The notes under the pieces: generated by a model | The model's input: the letters and a program-made list of their open reading frames with translations, nothing else | What the model was told of the DNA's origin: nothing | Databases searched by the model: none | Translations under genes and position numbers: made by a program | Assembly: GCA_965248925.1 (NCBI GenBank) | Contig: CBDFLE010000005.1 | Coordinates: 1,760,001 to 1,824,000, forward strand | Length of the DNA stretch: 64,000 nt | Origin: Candidatus Multivoradales bacterium | GTDB taxonomy: Bacteria; Acidobacteriota; Thermoanaerobaculia; Multivoradales; J023 | Direction: 5' to 3' | Shown here: piece after piece, positions 18,560 to 28,986 of the stretch | Numbering within the stretch: the first letter of the stretch is position 1 | Layout: every line of letters begins with the position of its first letter

Positions 18560-20284
18560 TCAATCGTCGACACTCCACAAGGCCGGCCGGTCGATCAAGA
18601 ACCCCTGAGCAAAGTCGATATCCAGAGTTCGCAAGGCACCCATGGTCTCTGCGGTCTCGACCCCTTCAGCAATAATCTGAAAACCCATCACCCGGCCGAT
18701 CTGGTGGATCGACTGCACGATGGCCCGTTGCAGCGGGTCTTCGACCATGTTGCCAACGAACTCGCGATCGATCTTAAGAAAATCCACCGGCAAATTCTTC
18801 AGGTAAGCGAAGGAACTCAAGCCGCTGCCAAAATCGTCGAGAATGAAACGGCAACCGCGAGCATGGAGTTCCGAGATAAAACGCCGGGCGCGGTCGAGAT
18901 GGGCTACCGCCGCGGTTTCGGTGATCTCGAAGCAGAGTAAAGCGGGATCCACCGCACAGGACTCGAGCTGGTTGAGAACGAAATCGAGAAAGCGAGATTC
19001 GGACAGCGATTGGCCCGACAGGTTGATCGCCACCGGAGAAGGTGGGGCCTCCAGTTTGGCCTCCTTCTCCAACAGTTCGAGGGCGGTGCGCACCACCCAG
19101 CGGTCGAGGGTGGAGATCAAGTGAAAGCGTTCCGCCGCCTGAATGAAGGCGTTGGGAGGAACGATCTCCCCCTTCTCGTCGATCATGCGGATCAACACCT
19201 CGTAGAGCGAAACTTCATAGCCCTCATCTTCTGTCAGGCGCACAATCGACTGGCGGAAGAGCCTAAATCGCCCCTTCTTGAGCGCTCGGTGAATACGTGA
19301 CAGCCAACGCATTTCGCCATAGTGCTCGGCGAGGAAGATATCCCCTGAGTTCTCGGAGTTGAATTGGTAGATTTGCCGCGTATCATCGCGAGCCCGGTCG
19401 GAAGCGGCGTCAGCGGCACCGAGCACCTGTATCAAGTCACCACTTTGGGCATTGATGGGGACGATACCCACACTGGCATTGACCTCAAAAGTCTCGTGCT
19501 GCCAGCGAAAGCGGAAGCTGGCGATATCCTGCCGCAAGCGGCCAGCCCAATCGTCTGCCTCACGGTCTTTGCAATCGACGATCAGCACGCCGAATCGGTC
19601 CGAACCAAGACGTGCCAAGGTGTCGCGGTCGGCGAGCCTGTCGCTCAGTAGTTTGGCCACCTGCTTGAGCATCTCCTCACCCGCGACTAAGCCGAAAGTG
19701 TCGTTGAACACCTCGAGATCGTCGAGGTCGACAAAGCCAAAGACATGTTGGCAGTCCTCATCTCGAGCCTCGGCCAAGGCATGCTCCAACCGTGCTTCAA
19801 AGGAGCGGCGGTTCGCCAACCCGGTGACCGGATCATGACTGTCGAGCCAACGCTGCTCCTTCTGCAACGCCCGCACCTCGGTGACGTCCTCAAAAATCAG
19901 CCAGGCACCGACCGCGACACCAGCCAAACCGGCGATCGGCACGGCACAATCACGCACCGCTAGTTCAACCCCGTCGGCGCGCAGCAGCAACCGTTCCTCA
20001 GCAGAGGCGGCTAGGCGACCTTGATCAAGAGCCTGGTCGACGGGGTCTTCGACCGACCGAGTGTCCTCCGTCGCCGCCACCCGGTAGACGGTCTGTAGTG
20101 TCTTGCCGATCGCTTCAGATGCCCAGCAGCCCGTGAGCTCCTCGGCTGCCGGATTGATATCTAGTATTCGCCGACCTAGGTCGACCCGAATGACACCACT
20201 TCCCAGAGCGCCAATCAGGCTCGCTGCTTCAAGGCTCAACGAACTCTTGCTGTCGAAGGAATCTTGCGACACGTGTGGTTTCAC
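18560..20284 (-). CDS. PAS-GGDEF-EAL protein (degenerate GGDEF; likely c-di-GMP phosphodiesterase)
   Basis: PAS INPAAEELTG; HDPVTGLANRR; GSDRF in place of GGDEF; EVLIRM, FEITE, DDFGSG, LKID, AEGVE. Confidence 0.9.
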   Translation of the reverse strand: MKPHVSQDSFDSKSSLSLEAASLIGALGSGVIRVDLGRRILDINPAAEELTGCWASEAIGKTLQTVYRVAATEDTRSVEDPVDQALDQGRLAASAEERLLLRADGVELAVRDCAVPIAGLAGVAVGAWLIFEDVTEVRALQKEQRWLDSHDPVTGLANRRSFEARLEHALAEARDEDCQHVFGFVDLDDLEVFNDTFGLVAGEEMLKQVAKLLSDRLADRDTLARLGSDRFGVLIVDCKDREADDWAGRLRQDIASFRFRWQHETFEVNASVGIVPINAQSGDLIQVLGAADAASDRARDDTRQIYQFNSENSGDIFLAEHYGEMRWLSRIHRALKKGRFRLFRQSIVRLTEDEGYEVSLYEVLIRMIDEKGEIVPPNAFIQAAERFHLISTLDRWVVRTALELLEKEAKLEAPPSPVAINLSGQSLSESRFLDFVLNQLESCAVDPALLCFEITETAAVAHLDRARRFISELHARGCRFILDDFGSGLSSFAYLKNLPVDFLKIDREFVGNMVEDPLQRAIVQSIHQIGRVMGFQIIAEGVETAETMGALRTLDIDFAQGFLIDRPALWSVDD

Positions 20285-20588
20285 TCCCCATCCGGGCTAG
20301 CCTGGCTCGCGGCCTGAACCTGCCCCCCCCAGTAGACGGCCTCTTCGAGTCCTCGAAGAAGCTCTTGGGATTCGCTCAATCCGAGAGAAAACACTAAAAA
20401 TCATCTATTAAGCATGCGACGAGCGAACAAAATTTATAGTAGCAAACCGGCCCATCTGCCGCCAGCTCGAAGAGTAGAAAGTGCAAGGAGAAGGGAAAAA
20501 AAGGGGCGGCCAGCGGCCCTTCTAGCGGCCGAGGAAATCGTCGATCAACAGGCGCGCGATGCTCAGCCGCGGCGGCATAGGTGGTGAG

Positions 20589-21509
20589 CTAGCGGCCATA
20601 GCGCCTTTGGCGCTGATGGAAGGAGCGCAAGGCACGCAGGAAATCGATCTCGCGAAACGCCGGCCAGCAAGTGTCGCAGAAGTAAAACTCGGAGTAGGCG
20701 CTCTGCCAAAGCAAGAAGCCGGAGGAGCGCAGCTCACCACTGGTGCGCAAGATCAAATCCGGCTCCGGCTGGCCAGAAGTGTAGAGAAAGGGCTGGATAG
20801 CGTCGGCGTCGAGACCAGCGATCATCGACTCCAGGGATGCTCCCCGCTGGTTCTGATCCTCCAGATAGCGGCGGAAGGCGTCGGTGATCTCCTCGCGTCC
20901 CCCATAGGCCATGGCGATGTTGAGCTGATGGCGATCGTAAGCAGCGGTAGCTTCCTCAGCCTGCCGAATCTCCTCGCGCAAGCTCTCAGGCAACAACTCG
21001 AGCTTGCCGATGTAGCGCACTCGGACTCGCTGATCGTGAACTTGCCGATCGCTGCGGATCTCGCGGGTCTTATCCTCAAACAGGCTCAACAAGCCCTCTA
21101 CCTCGGCCGCGCTACGCTGGAAATTCTCCAAGGAGAAGCACCACACGGTGACCACCCGGATATCGTTTTGAAAGCACCACTCGAGTATCTCGGAAAGTTT
21201 GTCGGCCCCTCGCCGATGCCCCCACAAGGGGCCGGCGAAACCAGCCTGACGAGCAAAACGGCGGTTGCCGTCCATGATGAACCCAAGGTGGCGCGGCTTG
21301 CGCCAAGAACTCGCCTGGGATCGCAAGCGGCGCAGATAGAGGGAGTAGAAGGGCCGTTTGACCTGCTGCTTGAGCAACCACCAAAGCTTGGTCCAACGCC
21401 TAGAGCTGACCGCTGCATCGCTTTGACTCGATGCATCCACCGGCAGCTCGGCCAGCCGACCAGCGGAGCTATCGGCAGCCTCAAGGCGCAGGACTTCGTT
21501 GTCGCTCAT
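20589..21509 (-). CDS. uppS: cis-prenyltransferase (polyprenyl diphosphate synthase)
   Basis: HLGFIMDGNRR, FSLENFQR, YGGREEI, PDLILRTSGELRSSGFLLWQ; GGAGGAG RBS. Confidence 0.9.
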   Translation of the reverse strand: MSDNEVLRLEAADSSAGRLAELPVDASSQSDAAVSSRRWTKLWWLLKQQVKRPFYSLYLRRLRSQASSWRKPRHLGFIMDGNRRFARQAGFAGPLWGHRRGADKLSEILEWCFQNDIRVVTVWCFSLENFQRSAAEVEGLLSLFEDKTREIRSDRQVHDQRVRVRYIGKLELLPESLREEIRQAEEATAAYDRHQLNIAMAYGGREEITDAFRRYLEDQNQRGASLESMIAGLDADAIQPFLYTSGQPEPDLILRTSGELRSSGFLLWQSAYSEFYFCDTCWPAFREIDFLRALRSFHQRQRRYGR

Positions 21510-21762
21510 CTCTCCTCCGGCGGTGGGCAATCGCGTCTTGACGCGGAGTCGGCCAATCTCGAGCCAAAAACTAGCCGACGATTGTGACTTAGAGGTGGCG
21601 AGAGATCGGCAATCCCCAGGCGGCTCGCAGCAGCGCGATCACCGCGGATTTCTATCACATCGCTGCTCCGGCTGCCGCTACCGAAGCAGCCGCCAAGCGC
21701 CGTCTCGTGCTATGGTCGCCAGTGCGATTCAGCGCACCCATCACCCCCTCAGGAGGGCTGGC

Positions 21763-22866
21763 ATGCTTCCCGATCTGACCCTCGGTATCGAGGAGGAGTA
21801 CCAGATAGTCGACCCCAAGACGCGTGAACTAGCGCCCTATGGGGAGCAGCTTCTCGCCGATGGCCAAGTCGAACTCGGTGACCAAATCAAGCCCGAAATG
21901 ATGCGCTCTCAGGTTGAGGTCGGCACCCGAGTTTGTGCTGATATCAGCGAGGCTCGAAGCGAAATTGTGCGCCTACGTAGCACCATCAATCGCCTGGCTA
22001 ACGACCAGGGTTTGGCCATGGCCGCGGCCAGCACTCATCCGTTCTCGCGCTGGAGCGAGCAGCAGGTTACGGCCGGCGAGCGCTACACCCAGTTGGCCGA
22101 CGACCTGGCGGACGTGGCCCGGCGCCTGCTGATCTTCGGCATGCACGTCCACGTCGGCATCGCTGATCCTGAACTGCGCATTACGGTAATGAACCAGGCG
22201 CGCTATTTCTTGCCGCATATTCTGGCTCTGTCGACAAGTTCACCTTTTTGGCATGGCCGCGAAACCGGCCTCAAATCCTATCGCTCGGTGATTTTCGAAA
22301 ATATGCCCCGCAGCGGCCTACCGCCAGTGTTTCGCTCCTGGAGCGATCATCAGCAGTTTGTTGAAACGCTGATCGCAACCGGATCGATCGACGACCCGTC
22401 TAAGATCTGGTGGGACATGCGCCCCCACCCTGTTTTCCCGACCTTGGAATTTCGCATTTCCGACGTCTGCCCCACCGTTGACGAGGTGCTCTGCATCGCC
22501 GCCTTGATCCAAGCCTTGGTCGCCAAGCTGATCAAGCTGCACCGCCAGAATCGCCGCTGGCGCACCTACCGCCATCATTTGATTACCGAGAACAAATGGC
22601 GCGCCGTGCGCTACGGTCTGGAAGGCCAGTTGATCGACTTCGGCAAGCGCGAGCAGGTGCCGACACGCTTCCTCACCCTCGAGTTGGTGGAATTGGTCGA
22701 CGACGTGCTCGATGAACTCGGCAGCCGCGCCGAAGTCGAGTACGTACACGAGATTCTGCGCCGTGGATCGAGCGCCGATCGGCAACTCAAGTGCTATCGC
22801 AACAGTGGTGACCTGAATGACGTCGTCGACCAAGTGATCAGCGAGAGTCGCCGCGATTGCACCTGA
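21763..22866 (+). CDS. YbdK-family carboxylate-amine ligase (glutamate-cysteine ligase family 2)
   Basis: TLGIEEEYQIVD, FGMHVHVG, SSPFW, IWWDMRPHP, TLEFRISD; AGGAGG RBS. Confidence 0.92.
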   Translation: MLPDLTLGIEEEYQIVDPKTRELAPYGEQLLADGQVELGDQIKPEMMRSQVEVGTRVCADISEARSEIVRLRSTINRLANDQGLAMAAASTHPFSRWSEQQVTAGERYTQLADDLADVARRLLIFGMHVHVGIADPELRITVMNQARYFLPHILALSTSSPFWHGRETGLKSYRSVIFENMPRSGLPPVFRSWSDHQQFVETLIATGSIDDPSKIWWDMRPHPVFPTLEFRISDVCPTVDEVLCIAALIQALVAKLIKLHRQNRRWRTYRHHLITENKWRAVRYGLEGQLIDFGKREQVPTRFLTLELVELVDDVLDELGSRAEVEYVHEILRRGSSADRQLKCYRNSGDLNDVVDQVISESRRDCT

Positions 22867-22915
22867 GGGGAACACCGGCCGCCCCGCGCCCTCTTCAATC
22901 GAGCGAGAGTCAACG

Positions 22916-24154
22916 ATGATCACCCTGGAAGATATCCGCCGAGCCCGCCAGATGGTGGGCTCGCAGATCGTGCTCACCCCCACCCTGGCGTCACCCACCT
23001 ATTCGGCGCAGACCGGCGCCGATGTCTGGTTCAAGTACGAGGTGCTCCAGACCACTGGCTCGTTCAAGGTTCGCGGCGCCCTCAACCGCCTCGGCGCCCT
23101 GGACGCCGAGGAGCGCCGTCGCGGGGTGGTGGCTGCATCGGCCGGCAACCATGCTCAGGGAGTGGCCTACGCCGCCGCCAAATTGGGTATCAAGGCCACC
23201 ATCGTGATGCCCGAATCGACCCCGCAAGTCAAGGTGCAGAACACCCAGGCCCATGGCGACAACATCCACATTGAGTTATTTGGCGATGGCTTGGACACCG
23301 CCTACGACCACGCTCTCGAACTCCAGAGCAAGAACGGCGCGGTTTACATCCATGCCTACAACGACCCCTTGATCGTTGCCGGCCAGGGAACTCTTGGTCT
23401 GGAATTGCTAGAGCAAGTCGAAGGGCTCGAGGCGGTGATCGTGCCGATCGGCGGTGGCGGCCTGATCTCCGGCATCGCCACCGCCATCCGCGAACAGAAC
23501 CCCGAGGTGAAGATCTACGGCGTCCAGACCGAGTCCGCGCCAGCGATCTATCACAGCTTCGTGGGCGGCCACTTGGTGGACTACCCCAGCCAGCAATCGA
23601 TTGCCGATGGCATCGCCGTCAAACGCCCCGGTTCGATCACTTTTGAGATCATCCGCCGGCTGGTGGAGGATGTTGTTCTGGTGACTGAATCCGAGATCGA
23701 GCGCGCCCTGATCGACCTGCTCGACAACGGCAATTGCTTGGTGGAAGGCGCTGCCGCGGCCGGCGTGGCGGCCCTCGAAGGCCCGCTCGCCGAGCGCTTG
23801 CAAGGCCGCCGCGTGGCGGTGGTTCTGTGCGGCGGCAACATCGACCTGAGTGCCCTTGACCTTCTGTTGCAGCGCGGATTGGCGCGACGCCAGCGGCTGG
23901 TGCGGCTGCGCGGCTCGGTGGACGACCGCCCCGGCGGCCTTTACCGCTTCCTGAAGGTGATCGCCGAGCAAAAAGGAAGCGTTGCGCATGTGGTCCACGA
24001 CCGGGTGTTCGGAGAATCAAGATTCGGCAAGACCTCCCTTGAGGTGATCCTCGAAGTGCGAAACCGGCGCCACATCGATCGTCTTCTCGCTGCCTTGCGC
24101 GACGCCGGCCACGAGGTCGAAGAGCTGGCCCTAGGCCCCAACTTACCCAGTTGA
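22916..24154 (+). CDS. ilvA: Threonine ammonia-lyase with C-terminal ACT domain
   Basis: [16 protein letters not shown] (PLP Lys), [19 protein letters not shown], and ACT-like DRPGGL. Confidence 0.9.
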   Translation: MITLEDIRRARQMVGSQIVLTPTLASPTYSAQTGADVWFKYEVLQTTGSFKVRGALNRLGALDAEERRRGVVAASAGNHAQGVAYAAAKLGIKATIVMPESTPQVKVQNTQAHGDNIHIELFGDGLDTAYDHALELQSKNGAVYIHAYNDPLIVAGQGTLGLELLEQVEGLEAVIVPIGGGGLISGIATAIREQNPEVKIYGVQTESAPAIYHSFVGGHLVDYPSQQSIADGIAVKRPGSITFEIIRRLVEDVVLVTESEIERALIDLLDNGNCLVEGAAAAGVAALEGPLAERLQGRRVAVVLCGGNIDLSALDLLLQRGLARRQRLVRLRGSVDDRPGGLYRFLKVIAEQKGSVAHVVHDRVFGESRFGKTSLEVILEVRNRRHIDRLLAALRDAGHEVEELALGPNLPS

Positions 24155-24176
24155 GCGAGAAGTAAGAGGACTCAGC

Positions 24177-24641
24177 GTGTTCTTTCGCTTGCTACTGCTC
24201 TTCACTTTGGTGCCGCTGAGCGAACTGTTCTTGCTGGTCGAGTTGGGGCGCCGGATGGGTACCCTGCCCACCGTCGCCCTAGTGCTGCTCACCGGTGCCT
24301 TAGGAGCCTGGCTCGCCCGCCACCAAGGATTGCGGGTGCTCGCCGAGATCCGCCGCGAGCAGGCCGCCGGCCGCTTACCAGCCGCGGCCTTGGTCGATGG
24401 GCTGCTGGTGCTGGTGGCCGGCGCCGTCTTGCTGACCCCGGGTCTGCTCACCGACCTATGCGGCTTCGCCCTGCTGATCCCTGCCATCCGCGGAGCCATC
24501 CGCCAACGCCTCAGCGCCGCCTTCGGCCGCCGCATCCAGATCATTCGCCCGCCGGGATTCGGCCCCGCGGGGAGCGGTCCTCCAGGTGGCAGCGACCCAG
24601 AGCCGCTAGAGATCGTGATCGAGGATGCGGTCGAGCGTTAG
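24177..24641 (+). CDS. fxsA: FxsA-family membrane protein
   Basis: LFTLVPLSELFLL, GAWLARHQG, GAVLLTPGLLTDLCG. Confidence 0.9.
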   Translation: MFFRLLLLFTLVPLSELFLLVELGRRMGTLPTVALVLLTGALGAWLARHQGLRVLAEIRREQAAGRLPAAALVDGLLVLVAGAVLLTPGLLTDLCGFALLIPAIRGAIRQRLSAAFGRRIQIIRPPGFGPAGSGPPGGSDPEPLEIVIEDAVER

Positions 24642-25877
24642 TTAGCCGGGCTCAGCCGACGATCCGCGCGGCACCAAGAAGAACAACCGCCCCGGCTGCT
24701 TCATCGCTCCGGCGTGGGCGGCGGCCTGCTCACCACGTCCCCAGAAGAAGTCCACTCGGCCAGCACCGCGGATGGCGCCACCGGTGTCGTGGTTGAGCAC
24801 AAAGCGGGTCAGCGGCCCTGCGGCAACGGTGGTGCCGTCGGCGGCCAATCGTGGAACTTCGCTGACCAGAAAGCCTAGCGCGCCGCGAGGAAAGAGACGC
24901 AGATCGGTAGCGACGCTGCGCTCGGCGGTCACCGGCAGGCCCAGGCTACCCAGGGGCGGCCCGTTCAGGCGGCGAAAGAACACCACCGAAGGGTTGTGGT
25001 CGAGCATCCGATCGACTTCTTCGGGATGGGCATCGAGATAGGCGCGGATCGCTTGCATCGACATCCGCTCCCGCGGCACTTTGCCTTCATCGATCAACAA
25101 GCGACCGATGGAACGGTAAGGCCGGCCGTTGGAGCCGGCGTAGCCAATGCGCAGCTCGCGGCCATCGGCCAGGCGCAGGGCGCCAGAACCCTGCACTTCG
25201 AGAAAAAAGAGATCGACCGGATCCCGTGCCCAAGCAATCTCGCGGCCGTGCAGGGGCTGCTGCCGAAGTTCTTGACGATCAGCAAAGGGCACCAGCCGGC
25301 CGCCGCGCAGCACGCCGGCGATGCGGGTACCGGCCAAGCGCTCGGCAAACTGCCCCAGATCGACCCGGATCATGCCTCCCGGAGGACCGTAGATCGGCAC
25401 TGGATATTCAGCTGAAGGCCGCAGGCTGCCGTCGATCATCGCTTCGTAGTAACCGGTGACCAACATCGAGTCGACGCTCTCCAGGATCTCGAAGGCGTAG
25501 AGCACTTCGGCCGCCAACCGCTCATTCGACAATCCCGCGTCGAGCCAGCCAAGAAAGCGGTCCAAGGCGCTCGCCAGCTCACTAGCGGTGGTCTCGCGAG
25601 GACCAAAGACATAGGCCGTAGAGGGGGGCTTGCGGGCATACCATGAGCGGCTCAGGGCGACCGCGTCGCGCAGGCTGGCGCGGTCACCATCGTCGAGCAA
25701 AGCGGGCAGCTCGGCGGCCGGCACCGCTCGCAAGGCGGAGTGGCGATCGACCTTCTCGGCACTTTGCTGAGCTTCGGCCTCGACTACCCCCTCGCTGGTT
25801 GCCATCGGCGGTCGACAGGCGCTGGCAGTCGAGCCGAGGACGACGACCCAGAGAGTGGTCAGCAGACGAAGATTCAT
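24642..25877 (-). CDS. mltA: Membrane-bound lytic murein transglycosylase A (lipoprotein)
   Basis: TGYYE, FFLEVQGSG, YAGSNGRPYRSIG, DTGGAIRGAGRVDFFWG; lipobox ASAC. Confidence 0.92.
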   Translation of the reverse strand: MNLRLLTTLWVVVLGSTASACRPPMATSEGVVEAEAQQSAEKVDRHSALRAVPAAELPALLDDGDRASLRDAVALSRSWYARKPPSTAYVFGPRETTASELASALDRFLGWLDAGLSNERLAAEVLYAFEILESVDSMLVTGYYEAMIDGSLRPSAEYPVPIYGPPGGMIRVDLGQFAERLAGTRIAGVLRGGRLVPFADRQELRQQPLHGREIAWARDPVDLFFLEVQGSGALRLADGRELRIGYAGSNGRPYRSIGRLLIDEGKVPRERMSMQAIRAYLDAHPEEVDRMLDHNPSVVFFRRLNGPPLGSLGLPVTAERSVATDLRLFPRGALGFLVSEVPRLAADGTTVAAGPLTRFVLNHDTGGAIRGAGRVDFFWGRGEQAAAHAGAMKQPGRLFFLVPRGSSAEPG

Positions 25878-25890
25878 CGGCCAGATTTTC

Positions 25891-26916
25891 CTAGGGCGAG
25901 TAACGCAGGCCGGCCGGGACGGTGAAGCCCATGCGCTCTTTGATCACTTCGACCTTGGGCTCGGCCTCGGCACGTGCCCGTTCGGCGCCAACACCGAGCA
26001 GGGCATCGAGCTGGTCGCTGTCCTCGATCAGCTCTTCGTAGCGCTGACGAATCGGTGCCAGGGTCGCGATCACCTGATCGGCAACGGCATTCTTCAAATC
26101 ACCGTAGCCGCGGGCCTCGGCAAAATCAGCCTCGGCGTCGGCGGGACTCTTGCCGGTGAGCTTGCTGTAGATGGTCAAGAGATTGACCACCCCGGCCTTC
26201 TCCGGATCATCGCTAAAACAGATCTCACGGCCGGAGTCGGTCACCGCACGACGGATTGTCTTGCGGATCACTGAATCCGAATCGGTCAGCCGTACCGCAT
26301 GGCCACCGGCTAGCGCGCTCTTCGACATCTTGGCGGTCGGGTCGTCGAAACCCATGATCCGCGCGCCGAGCTTAGCGATCACCGGCCGCGGCACAACGAA
26401 GGTTTCGCCATAGAGATGGTTAAAACGTTGCGCCACGTCGCGGCAAAGCTCGACATGCTGTTTCTGATCCTCCCCCACCGGCACTTCATCCGCGTCGTAA
26501 AGCAGGATATCGGCGGCTTGTAGCACCGGATAGGTCAGCAACCCGGTCTGCACACTCTCTTGCGCCGCCGACTTCGACTTGTACTGCACCATCCGTTCGA
26601 GCCAGCCGAGCGGGGTAACACAGGTCAGGAACCAGCAAGCCTCGGCGTGGGCACGAACATGGCTCTGTACGAACAAGGTACTGCGCTCGGGATCGATGCC
26701 AGCGGCCAGCAGCATCGCCGCCAGCTGCCGGACGTGGCGCCGCAACTCAGCGGGATCCTGGTACAGGGTGATGGCGTGCAGGTCGACGATGCAGATGAAA
26801 TTCTCGCGCTCATCCTGGCCCGCGACCCACTGCTGAATCGCCCCAAGGTAGTTGCCCAAATGCAGTTGACCGGTGGGTTGAATGCCTGAAAGAACTCTCT
26901 TCTTCGCTCTTGCCAT
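25891..26916 (-). CDS. trpS: Tryptophan--tRNA ligase
   Basis: SGIQPTG.LHLGNYLGA (HIGH), YPVLQAADIL, VPVGEDQKQH, KMSKS. Confidence 0.97.
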   Translation of the reverse strand: MARAKKRVLSGIQPTGQLHLGNYLGAIQQWVAGQDERENFICIVDLHAITLYQDPAELRRHVRQLAAMLLAAGIDPERSTLFVQSHVRAHAEACWFLTCVTPLGWLERMVQYKSKSAAQESVQTGLLTYPVLQAADILLYDADEVPVGEDQKQHVELCRDVAQRFNHLYGETFVVPRPVIAKLGARIMGFDDPTAKMSKSALAGGHAVRLTDSDSVIRKTIRRAVTDSGREICFSDDPEKAGVVNLLTIYSKLTGKSPADAEADFAEARGYGDLKNAVADQVIATLAPIRQRYEELIEDSDQLDALLGVGAERARAEAEPKVEVIKERMGFTVPAGLRYSP

Positions 26917-27005
26917 GTGATCTCCAGCTGCTGCCCGAGGAGTAACGCGGCCCGGCAGTGGGCGGGCGAAAAGCTATCACAGAGCTCCTGCTCGACAGAG
27001 CTTCC

Positions 27006-27038
27006 GAGCCGCCGCCCGGCGAAGGGATTCGGCGGCTC
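27006..27038 (-). terminator. GC hairpin after the CoA ligase gene
   Basis: GAGCCGCCG...CGGCGGCTC inverted repeat; no clear U tract. Confidence 0.3.
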
Positions 27039-28893
27039 AGTTGACCTCGACCCAACGCTTAGCCTTGAGCTCGAAGCGCGGCAGGCTGCCCCGCTCGACG
27101 ACCCGGACCGGGATCCGCAGCTGAAAGGCGTCGCGCAGCGCGGTTTCCAGGCGTTGCGCCAGCTCTGTGGGGGCGATGGCATCGTCGAGCGGCTCAAAGT
27201 GGATCTCGATCTCCACCATCGCGCCACTGGACAGCTGGCGGACCTGATACTCACCAATTCCGGCCAGGGAACGCACCACCTGCTCGACGGCGCTGGGAAA
27301 GAGGTTGACCCCGCGCACCACCCGCATGTCATCGGCCCGCGCCAGGATGCCTCCTTCGAGGGCCAGCTCGTGCAGGCCCAATTCCTTGGACGAGCGCTTC
27401 GAGGGCCGCACCAGGTCGCCCGTGCGGTAGCGCAGCAGCGGTGAGCCGTTGCGCCGCAGGGTGGTCAGCAGCAGCTCACCCACCTCCCCCGGCGCCACCG
27501 GCTGCAATGTCTCAGGGTCCACAACTTCGGCCAAAAAGCTGTCCTCGGCAATATGCAGCACGCCGGCATGCTGCGGATTGGGGAAGCTCACCGGGCCGAC
27601 CTCGGTCATGCCGTGATGATCAAAAATCTCGGCTCCCCACAGCTCGGCCAAGCGCAGACGAGTCGCCGGCACGCTGCCGCCGGGCTCACCCGCGACGATC
27701 AGCCGCTCGACCGATGAAGGCACCAGATCGATGCCCTCCTGCGCCGCGACCTCAGCCAAATGCACCGCATAGGTCGGCGTCGCACAGATCACCGTCACCT
27801 GATTGTCGATCAACATCTGCAAGCGAGCGGCGGTCGACACCCCCCCCCCCGACAAGCACAGACAGCCCATCTCGGCCGCGGCGTCGAAGGCCACCCAGAA
27901 ACCCAAGAACGGCCCGAAGGAAAAGGGAAACAGCAGACGGTCCGAGGCATCGACACCGGCGACGTCGAAAACTCGCCGCCAGACTTCCCGCAACACCGCG
28001 AAGCTCTCCGGCGTATCGAGCCAGCGCAGCGGCTGGCCGCTGGTGCCACTGGTCTGGTGAAAGCGACTGTAGCGCTCCAGGGGATAGGTGAGATTGGTGC
28101 CATAAGGCGGTTGGCGACCCTGATCGTCAACCAGCTCGGTCTTGGTGGTGGGTGGCAGGCGGCTGAGATCCTCAAGCCTGCCAATGCCCTCGTCGAGGCC
28201 AGCGGCACGAAGCCTCGGCGCGTAAAAAGCGTTGCTTTGCGACAACTCTCCGAGCAAGCGGCGTAAGCGGCGCAGCTGTCGCCGACGCAGCTCATGACGG
28301 GCCACATCCTCGGGCAAGCTGGCCATCACCGTTACCGAGCTAGGCTCCAGCGGTGGCAGCAATTCGAGCACCTCGGCCAATAGTCTGCCGTCGTTAGCGA
28401 TCAGAGTGTTCTGGCGCCCGAAGAGGGTGGCACCCTCGGGCACCAAGCCTTCAAACAGGATGCCGGCGGCATCGAGACGCAGAAAACCGCGGGTGCGGCT
28501 ACTGTATTTGACCCCTTGTTCAGTCAAGATCCCACCGAGCGGCAGGTGCCCCTGCAAGATCAGACCGCGCACTGGGGCAGCGAAACATTGCAGATGGATC
28601 TCGATCGCCCCAAGTTCCGCCAAGCGACCGCTGTCGGCGCCGACCAACGCCACCCGCCGCAGCAGGCTCTGGCCCCGGCGGCGGAGTTCCAAGACCCGGA
28701 TCAGAATCGGTTCGCCACAGAAACTCTCCAAGGTCGAGGTCATGTCGACCCGGTGATCGAGCAGCCGGCGATAGGGCTGGGGTAAATCCTCGCTGCGCAG
28801 CGGCTGCGCCTCGAGCCGGTCACGCTCGGGCAGAAAAAGCTCGGTCAGCGGGTACAGCAGATCGACGGCGGTTCTCTTGCTCGGCATGCTCAA
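27037..28893 (-). CDS. Fusion of chorismate pyruvate-lyase-like domain and phenylacetate--CoA ligase (PaaK-like) domain
   Basis: N-terminal LLDHRVDMTSTLE...PLGGIL...GRQNTL...EVLELLP (chorismate lyase/UTRA fold-like); C-terminal QTSGTSG, GEPG, DHHGMTE, LRYRTGD, RADDM..VRGVNLFP. Confidence 0.75.
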   Translation of the reverse strand: MSMPSKRTAVDLLYPLTELFLPERDRLEAQPLRSEDLPQPYRRLLDHRVDMTSTLESFCGEPILIRVLELRRRGQSLLRRVALVGADSGRLAELGAIEIHLQCFAAPVRGLILQGHLPLGGILTEQGVKYSSRTRGFLRLDAAGILFEGLVPEGATLFGRQNTLIANDGRLLAEVLELLPPLEPSSVTVMASLPEDVARHELRRRQLRRLRRLLGELSQSNAFYAPRLRAAGLDEGIGRLEDLSRLPPTTKTELVDDQGRQPPYGTNLTYPLERYSRFHQTSGTSGQPLRWLDTPESFAVLREVWRRVFDVAGVDASDRLLFPFSFGPFLGFWVAFDAAAEMGCLCLSGGGVSTAARLQMLIDNQVTVICATPTYAVHLAEVAAQEGIDLVPSSVERLIVAGEPGGSVPATRLRLAELWGAEIFDHHGMTEVGPVSFPNPQHAGVLHIAEDSFLAEVVDPETLQPVAPGEVGELLLTTLRRNGSPLLRYRTGDLVRPSKRSSKELGLHELALEGGILARADDMRVVRGVNLFPSAVEQVVRSLAGIGEYQVRQLSSGAMVEIEIHFEPLDDAIAPTELAQRLETALRDAFQLRIPVRVVERGSLPRFELKAKRWVEVN

Positions 28894-28986
28894 GACTTAC
28901 GCGCAGTGGCTTGGTGAGTTCTTCTTCGCCTGCTCAGGTAACCCACAAGACGAAGGCTTTACACCGGCTTTACTGATTGTAGGCAA

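Noticed and set aside
18560-20284. Active diguanylate cyclase
   Set aside because: The signature is GSDRF rather than GG(D/E)EF; degenerate GGDEF-EAL hybrids are common, so this is not novel.
26917-27036. T-box or Trp leader upstream of trpS
   Set aside because: No T-box consensus and no Trp-codon leader ORF; only a GC hairpin.
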